Positions 23,651 through 29,099 of a stretch of DNA of 32,000 nt are shown here, one piece after another. Each line of letters opens with the position of its first letter. The stretch's first letter is position 1. The notes under the pieces were generated by a model that ran no database searches, was not told the DNA's origin, and saw nothing but the letters and a program-made list of their open reading frames with translations. The stretch is from Pyrodictium abyssi (GTDB lineage Archaea; Thermoproteota; Thermoprotei_A; Sulfolobales; Pyrodictiaceae). The DNA is taken from assembly GCF_036323395.1 (NCBI RefSeq), contig NZ_AP028907.1, positions 1,860,001 to 1,892,000 of the forward strand, written 5' to 3'. A program made the position numbers and the translations under genes.

Positions 23651-24562
23651 CTAATTATTTGTGTCATTAGATAATTCTTTTACTTGTTCTATTATCTGCC
23701 CCAGCTTATAGGGAATAGTCCCGGGCTCGTATGGAGATGGGACACGTAGTACTGGTATACCATACTCCTCTGCTATTTCAAGTAGCCTTGCATCTGCACG
23801 AGTAGCTGGTTTACCATTGTATACCGATATGATTGCAAGCACTGCAGAGCCATCAGCTATAGCTTGTTTAATCTGCTCCATGTCCTCTGGGGTAACCGGT
23901 ACACCATGCTCCCTGCTAAGGAACTTTATAACGTCAATTCCCAGCCAGTCTACAGCATACTGTATGTATGGGAGAGATGCAATAGCCCTCACGTGAACTC
24001 TAGGAGCCTCGCTAGTGAGTCTCTTTACTTCTGCCTCTAGCTCAGAGGCTCTGCCTAAGTAGTAGCTACTACAGTCAGGCCTTAGGGATGCCAGCTTAGC
24101 TGCAACCTCCTTGACAAATAGTATGTAGTTATACGGGTCATAGATAATCATGTGTGGGTTAACAGACCCAGTATCCGGGTTGACGAGAATCCTCATACCC
24201 TTGATGCTTGGTATTTCTATTAACTTGTCCTTATCTACCAGCGACCTTAGCTTTACCTCGAACGGCGCATGCCCAAGAGTTATCACTAAATCTGCCCTTT
24301 TCACATGATCTATGTCGTCTACTGTGAGCTGGTACTCATGCGGGTCTACACTCGACGACGCTATTACGTAGACTCTGTCACCACTACAAAGTAATTGTGA
24401 TACATCGTATTCTATATTAGGAAAACTAACGACTACAAGGAGCCCCTTATCAGCGCTGTTGGATCCATGACCGCTACTCTGCCCGGCTATATATGCCGCT
24501 GATGCTAGTACCAGGGCTAGTACACCGGCTGCTAGTAGCACCGCCAATCTTCGCCGGTCCAT
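23651..24562 (-). CDS. metal ABC transporter substrate-binding protein (ZnuA/TroA family)
   Basis: 303-aa ORF with an N-terminal anchor (LAVLLAAGVLALVLASAAY). VDPHEYQLTVDDIDHVKRADLVITLG and NPHMIIYDPYNY are the two metal-ligand His regions typical of the family. Confidence 0.8.
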   Translation of the reverse strand: MDRRRLAVLLAAGVLALVLASAAYIAGQSSGHGSNSADKGLLVVVSFPNIEYDVSQLLCSGDRVYVIASSSVDPHEYQLTVDDIDHVKRADLVITLGHAPFEVKLRSLVDKDKLIEIPSIKGMRILVNPDTGSVNPHMIIYDPYNYILFVKEVAAKLASLRPDCSSYYLGRASELEAEVKRLTSEAPRVHVRAIASLPYIQYAVDWLGIDVIKFLSREHGVPVTPEDMEQIKQAIADGSAVLAIISVYNGKPATRADARLLEIAEEYGIPVLRVPSPYEPGTIPYKLGQIIEQVKELSNDTNN

Positions 24563-24600
24563 TCACGCCTCCCAGGGGTTACACCCTCTTGTGCACACTG

Positions 24601-24609
24601 TTTATAATA
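24601..24609. promoter_or_regulatory. TATA box TTTATAATA in the divergent metal-transporter control region
   Basis: It lies 39-47 nt upstream of the binding-protein ATG (24562) on one side and 36-44 nt upstream of GTG 24645 on the other. It falls inside the first codons of the long ORF-track version of the ATPase gene, which argues for the shorter gene. Confidence 0.5.
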
Positions 24610-24644
24610 TTTCTCGTAGACTGTGCACAAGGTGGGGTACAACG

Positions 24645-25448
24645 GTGCAAGAGAGATGCAAAGACGCGAAGATAGAGCTCACATCAATAGAGGTACTATA
24701 CGGCTCTACCAAAGCGCTTGAGATAGACCATTTACTATTGCTTGGCCCGGCCCTAGTACAAGTACTCGGACCAAATGGTGCGGGAAAGACTACCCTGTTG
24801 AAGACTATTCTAGGCCTAGTAGCTCCTCGTAGAGGACGCGTCTACGTATGCGGATACGACGCGACAGGAAGACCTAATAGGGCCGGCCGCTTTATAGGCT
24901 ATGTTCCACAGCTCGCCAATGTTCCTAGCCACTTCCCAATAACGCCATGGGAGATAATAGAGTACGAAGCGTCGGCACGCAGTAAGGGCGGCTCGTTCTT
25001 CGCGAGAAAGGAGGAGATCAGCAGGATTGTAGAAGCCTCTCTCATGGCCGTCGGTCTTCATGAAGATGCATGGTTTAAGCCTCTGCGCGACCTTAGTGGA
25101 GGCCAGCGCCAGCGCGTTTTCATAGCAAGAGCGCTTGTCCACAACCCCCCGATACTGCTGATGGACGAGCCATTCTCCGCAGTTGATCCCGGAGGGCGGG
25201 TGGAGCTAGCTGAGCTTGTAGCCTCGCTTGCTCGTACCCATCTAGTTGTAGTGACCAGCCATGACCCCATGCTTCTCCTAGACTACACTGATACTATAGT
25301 CCTTATCAATCGCAAGCTAGTAGCTGTTGGCGATCCTCACACTGTGCTCAGAGAGGATATACTAGCAGAAGTGTATGGTGCAGCCGTACTACGTGTAAAA
25401 GACCATGTACACATCAGCGACGAGCATGGTGTAGCCGGCTGGCGCTAA
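24645..25448 (+). CDS. metal ABC transporter ATP-binding protein (ZnuC/TroB-like)
   Basis: Walker A is GPNGAGKTTLLK, the signature is LSGGQRQRV, and Walker B is ILLMDEPFSAVD. The track start, ATG 24591, leaves only a 28-nt intergenic region and covers the TATA box, so I prefer the in-frame GTG 24645. Confidence 0.85.
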   Translation: MQERCKDAKIELTSIEVLYGSTKALEIDHLLLLGPALVQVLGPNGAGKTTLLKTILGLVAPRRGRVYVCGYDATGRPNRAGRFIGYVPQLANVPSHFPITPWEIIEYEASARSKGGSFFARKEEISRIVEASLMAVGLHEDAWFKPLRDLSGGQRQRVFIARALVHNPPILLMDEPFSAVDPGGRVELAELVASLARTHLVVVTSHDPMLLLDYTDTIVLINRKLVAVGDPHTVLREDILAEVYGAAVLRVKDHVHISDEHGVAGWR

Positions 25449-25477
25449 AGTGGCTCCCATGAACTCACTTTACTCTC

Positions 25478-26347
25478 ATGCATTCAGAGAGAAAACTGAA
25501 GTCTGAGGAACAAGCCATGAAGCCCCGCTGTAGCCCGGACCTGGTCCCAGCTGATAATGCTCTAACAAGAGCCCTGGAGAACGCGCTAAGAGCTGTGAAG
25601 GAGGAGTATCCCTTCCTCGACGAGAGGGTTGAGGAGATAGCTGTATCCCGGAGATTCACTCTTGTCCGGTTAGCCGGTGGAGGTATAGGCATAGCCTTCT
25701 CCGGCGACTATGAGCCACCGCCAGAGGAGCTCGTGCTCGGAGAAACTACTGCCTCTGAACTAGCCCGGTACGCATGGAGGCATCCAAGCCTCACAAGCCT
25801 CGCACTAGCTGCTGTAAATGCAGCCACTGGTATGCTCATTGAGGAAAAGCCTGGACTGAATGGACTCGTACGCGATAGAAATATCGTCGAGGTGATTAAT
25901 CCGGGCCCAGACGAGGCTATAGCCCTCGTGGGATACATACAGGGTGTTGCACGCAAGCTAGCTGCGAAAACGAGCAAGATAGTGGTTTACGAGGACAATC
26001 CTATACATCGCGCCTTAGCTCGTGAGAAAGGGTTCACCACGTATCCGGGAAGCCAGCTGCTCCTGGACGCAGACAACTATGACATAATAATAGCTACTGG
26101 AGCGAGCCTACTAGACCCCCGCATCACAGTAGTATTCACCAACGCCAAGAGGGCCCGTCTACGCGGCTTCATAGGCCCTACATCGAGCTTCCACATAGCA
26201 GCCGCCAAGCACTTAGGCGCTGACTTCATAGCAGGGATTACCATCCCCAGCAGACATAGAGACACCGTAGCGAAGCTCGTCAAGGCGGGCTACGGGTTTA
26301 AGCGCATATCACGCTTCGTGACAAAGTGGATATGGCTGAGACCATAG
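25478..26347 (+). CDS. DUF4213/DUF364-like Rossmann-type protein (putative metal-chelation family)
   Basis: 289-aa ORF. The pattern G-IGIAFS in the N-terminal half, then IALVGYIQGV...KIVVYEDNP...YDIIIATGASLLD, resembles the DUF364 family, which is frequently linked to metal transporters. The likelier start is ATG 25517, preceded by GAGGA. The assignment is from memory of family motifs only. Confidence 0.5.
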   Translation: MHSERKLKSEEQAMKPRCSPDLVPADNALTRALENALRAVKEEYPFLDERVEEIAVSRRFTLVRLAGGGIGIAFSGDYEPPPEELVLGETTASELARYAWRHPSLTSLALAAVNAATGMLIEEKPGLNGLVRDRNIVEVINPGPDEAIALVGYIQGVARKLAAKTSKIVVYEDNPIHRALAREKGFTTYPGSQLLLDADNYDIIIATGASLLDPRITVVFTNAKRARLRGFIGPTSSFHIAAAKHLGADFIAGITIPSRHRDTVAKLVKAGYGFKRISRFVTKWIWLRP

Positions 26348-26415
26348 CCTTATACAAACAAGCCCCGGTGGGAGCGAAATAGCCAATAGTATCGAGAACC
26401 AGTGAATGCCGTATA

Positions 26416-26651
26416 CTGGGGCGATGAGGAGCGGTCACGGGACGGACCGCCCTCTGACCAGGGGTGTACGGCGGGCTGGTATGAGGAGCGCAATCCTTGT
26501 CCGAAGCCCCTAGGCAGCAATATAACCGGGACCGATACTCCTTCAGAGATCCTTGTCCAGGTGGATGAGGAGTGCCGAGTTCGCTGAAGCCTCTCGCGGG
26601 CAGTACCGTACCCAGCTGATGAGGCAGTGTGGGCCTTAGAGCCGACACCCC
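26416..26651 (+). ncRNA. candidate structured RNA with four box-C/K-turn-like AUGAGG motifs and regularly spaced D-like boxes
   Basis: GC-rich, ORF-free spacer. ATGAGGAG occurs at 26424, 26481 and 26565, plus TGATGAGG at 26617. The first three are followed by CGGA (+12 nt), CCGA (+13 nt) and CTGA (+12 nt). An 11-bp helix with one bulge pairs 26461-26472 with 26641-26651. ATCCTTGTCC is repeated at 26493 and 26549. The strand is inferred from box orientation and the ends are unknown. Confidence 0.45.
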
Positions 26652-26654
26652 GAT

Positions 26655-26660
26655 AAAAAA
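26655..26660 (-). terminator. oligo-T terminator after the EMAP-domain gene
   Basis: The minus strand reads CCCTCTC-TTTTTT-AT starting 7 nt after the TAG stop at 26668-26670. Archaeal RNAP terminates at T runs. Confidence 0.5.
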
Positions 26661-26667
26661 GAGAGGG

Positions 26668-27375
26668 CTACTTCCCCTTCACGATACTATATATTATCTT
26701 CTCCACTTCGCTCCGCTCTATCCCGTTGACGGGCGGCCTCTTGCCTGCTGTGCAGCCTGACTCTATGCGTCCTCGGCTACAGTACATGGCTTCGCTTAGC
26801 TGCCCTCTTAGGTCTACTGGAGGCAGTATAGCTGCTGCGCGCAAGTCGCCTTTACGCACGTCCTTGATGTTTGTGACTATAGTGTAGGTGAACACTCCCT
26901 TGGCGCGGGTTATATACAGGTTGTCTGCGTTAGGATGCTTGGCTACGCTGAGGACTTCGACACACTCGATATCCACCGCATAAAGCGGATCGTTGTCGTC
27001 TCCAAGGCTTAGCCTGGCAGGGAGCCCGTACAGCGTCCTTATAGCGTATTTTATCTCTGCTATTGTGCGCCTAGTCTTCTGGTCTATCTGGGTCTTTTCG
27101 AGCCATTCACGTGGCAGCAGCACTGCAGCGAGCTCTCGTGCCAGCTCCTGTAGCCTCTTGGCTAGCTCGCTGTGTGCCAGCATAGTGGGCGGCATAAAGC
27201 TGAATTTTATCTGCATGAGTGCGGAGCGTGTCTGGCTGTGCAGCTCTTGTGCCTTTTTCCAGTTGACCGGTATGGGGAGCTTCTTTGCCTTTATGACTGA
27301 CTCGAGGATGCCTAGAGCGTGTTCGGCTACTAGTATTCTGTAGTCACTACGTGTGTCGCTCATTGGCTTTACCAC
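26668..27375 (-). CDS. RNA-binding protein with C-terminal tRNA-binding (EMAP/Trbp111/CsaA-type OB) domain
   Basis: 235-aa ORF. The C-terminal VEVLSVAKHPNADNLYITRAKG...KGDLRAAAILPP...LSEAMYCS matches the HPnADkL ... SeGMlcs signature of the tRNA-binding OB domain. The N-terminal approximately 130 aa are helical. This architecture matches the conserved archaeal 'predicted RNA-binding protein with C-terminal EMAP domain' group. The start is GTG 27375 or ATG 27363. Confidence 0.75.
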   Translation of the reverse strand: MVKPMSDTRSDYRILVAEHALGILESVIKAKKLPIPVNWKKAQELHSQTRSALMQIKFSFMPPTMLAHSELAKRLQELARELAAVLLPREWLEKTQIDQKTRRTIAEIKYAIRTLYGLPARLSLGDDNDPLYAVDIECVEVLSVAKHPNADNLYITRAKGVFTYTIVTNIKDVRKGDLRAAAILPPVDLRGQLSEAMYCSRGRIESGCTAGKRPPVNGIERSEVEKIIYSIVKGK

Positions 27376-27390
27376 CCTGCATACTGTTTC

Positions 27391-27735
27391 TCATTCTTCC
27401 ATCTCGGCTAGCCGCTCAAGCGCCAACCGCATCTGCGCATATACTACGGGCTTCTTTTCCGCTATCTTCCGGGCCAGCTCTCCCACATCTCTGGCGAAAC
27501 TGTAGAGCCCATAGGGTGTATAGAATACCTCGCTACAGTGCCACATGTGGGGCTTTAGCGAGCCTTCAGCCACCATCTTGGCGTACACCCAGTCATAGTA
27601 GCTGGCTACTGCTATCAGTATGCCGTCCTCATCCCCACAGTATAGTAGGGAGCATTCTCCGCTACTCTCTACCTCTACTATCTTGCTACATGCTCCAGTC
27701 TTCCTTAGCTCCTCGGCGAGCAGCTCTGTAGACAT
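27391..27735 (-). CDS. hypothetical protein (114 aa)
   Basis: ATG start preceded by GGGAG at a 5-nt spacing. The stop is 15 nt before the EMAP-domain gene, so the two are probably co-transcribed. The composition is plausible for a globular protein. I recognise no family. Confidence 0.5.
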   Translation of the reverse strand: MSTELLAEELRKTGACSKIVEVESSGECSLLYCGDEDGILIAVASYYDWVYAKMVAEGSLKPHMWHCSEVFYTPYGLYSFARDVGELARKIAEKKPVVYAQMRLALERLAEMEE

Positions 27736-27926
27736 GATTCTCCCTGGTAAAGCAGTTGAAGCCTGGGAGGTCTAAGTCTGTGCCCCAGAAGCATGCTCGC
27801 AAGCAGCGCCATAGAGCACTTGATTCTAGTATGAATTGGTTAATGAGAGCCCAATTCTGGCATGGTGGCGCGGTGTTACAAAGACCGGGGTAGGTGGGCC
27901 CGAACCGCCGAGCCAAGTAGTGGATT

Positions 27927-27963
27927 GGGGTACCGCGGGGAGGACTAGCGGGTCTGGTACCCC
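27927..27963 (-). other. perfect 8-bp GC-rich hairpin (GGGGTACC / GGTACCCC, 21-nt loop) just downstream of the 372-aa gene
   Basis: Read directly from the sequence. It starts 12 nt after the stop at 27975-27977 and sits inside a GC-rich, ORF-poor 240-nt spacer (27736-27974). It could be a 3'-end or stability element, or part of a small RNA. Confidence 0.4.
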
Positions 27964-27974
27964 TAACAGTGTTG

Positions 27975-29093
27975 TTAGTATGCTCTTACACTGCATCTGG
28001 CTATGTTGCGTTCGCATAGCTGTAGTGCTGCTTTTAGATACTCTTCACCACGCTTGTACACCTCTAGGAGGTCGATGACGTCCTTTTCTACTAGTTCTAT
28101 TAGTAGCTCTTCTTCTAGCCTTGTTAGGCCCAGCTGCTCTCTACCCACTGCTATGACTTCTATTATCTCTGCAAGGCTGACCGCTGTCTGGTTTATACCT
28201 GCAGCTGAGGCTATCCTCGATGATAGCTTCTCCACTAGACGCCGTGTATTGCTTATCTTCTCGTAGGCCTTACGTACACCAGCCACTATTACTCCTAGCT
28301 CGTCTAGGTCGTTAGCTTGGCTAAGCTTCTCTGCAGACTCGTAGGCTGACACTATGCTTGTGACTACCTGGGATAGCCACCTACAGTAGGGAGCGTCATC
28401 ACCCATATAATCACGGCATACCTGTAGCGCCTCGGATAGGTCGACAAGGCTAGAAGTTAGTGTATCTAGTAGCTGTACTATTTCTGTGAGCCGCATAGCT
28501 ATGGTATCCAGCCGCGCTAGGCTTGTGTCGAGGCTATCAGACTTTACGAGCTTTGATACTAGTATGACGATGTCGTGTATCTTGGCTGTCTCCCTGGCTT
28601 CTAGCTTCCGGGCAGCCTCGTAGACCTGTACTAGCTGGCTGCTTACTGTGTCCCAGCGGGCTGCGATACGCTCTGCGTTCTTAACAAGGTCGCTAGCTAT
28701 CTCAGCTCCGGCTGCGAGGAGCGAGTACACTATGGGCGTTAGTGGCCCACCCGCCTTCATGACTGCTACTAGGAGCTCCATGCTCTTGGCGGATGGGCAT
28801 TCTCCGGCTTCGAGGGGCGACCCTGCAATTCGGTGTGCTAGTGTCTGGAGGGCTTGGCGGCATGCTGTAGTCGATTCCTCGTGCGCCTTGGCGTAGCTGG
28901 AAGCTGCGGTGTAGTCCCGTACCGCTCGCAGGTGATGGAGTATCTCCTGGCGTAGACTCTCGGGAACAGCTTGAAACGCTGTAATGGTTGCTTCTACGTT
29001 CTCGGCTATCTCCTCTAGGGTCTTCTCTATAGCCTGCTGAGAGTTCAGTATCGACTCGTACTCCTGGACAAGCCCTTCAAGGGCCCACGCCAT
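27975..29093 (-). CDS. hypothetical all-alpha / coiled-coil-like protein (372 aa), partner of the upstream NTPase
   Basis: The ATG at 29093 is preceded by GGGTGAT, which overlaps the TGA stop of the upstream gene. Ala/Leu/Glu/Ser-rich sequence runs throughout with heptad-like stretches. The C-terminal approximately 60 aa (LTRLEEELLIELVEKDVIDLLEVYKRGEEYLKAALQLCERNIAR) could be a small helical or winged-helix-like module. I recognise no family. Confidence 0.65.
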   Translation of the reverse strand: MAWALEGLVQEYESILNSQQAIEKTLEEIAENVEATITAFQAVPESLRQEILHHLRAVRDYTAASSYAKAHEESTTACRQALQTLAHRIAGSPLEAGECPSAKSMELLVAVMKAGGPLTPIVYSLLAAGAEIASDLVKNAERIAARWDTVSSQLVQVYEAARKLEARETAKIHDIVILVSKLVKSDSLDTSLARLDTIAMRLTEIVQLLDTLTSSLVDLSEALQVCRDYMGDDAPYCRWLSQVVTSIVSAYESAEKLSQANDLDELGVIVAGVRKAYEKISNTRRLVEKLSSRIASAAGINQTAVSLAEIIEVIAVGREQLGLTRLEEELLIELVEKDVIDLLEVYKRGEEYLKAALQLCERNIARCSVRAY

Positions 29094-29099
29094 GGCATA

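Noticed and set aside
26298-26648. The 116-aa minus-strand ORF and the 61-aa plus-strand ORF (26402-26587) in the DUF364/EMAP spacer.
   Set aside because: The minus ORF overlaps the 3' end of the DUF364-like gene and is Pro/Gly/Arg-rich. The plus ORF owes its DEE/YEE repeats to the repeated ATGAGGAG motif. The regular CNGA spacing and the long-range helix fit an RNA better. I keep this as an explicit refutation test in the finding.
26360-26655. Identification of the structured spacer as SRP (7S) RNA or RNase P RNA. The GC-rich 27860-27965 segment, whose minus strand contains UGUAAC, was considered for the same identities.
   Set aside because: I searched both strands by eye for hallmark motifs. 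These were the helix-8 GGAA tetraloop with AGCAGC/GGAAGCAGCC-type sequence for SRP RNA, and GAGGAAAGUCC (CR-I/P4) with ACAGAA...GGCUUA (CR-V) for RNase P RNA. None is present beyond trivial similarity (GGGCCUUAGAGCCG vs CCGGCUUAUCGG). A covariance-model scan would be decisive.
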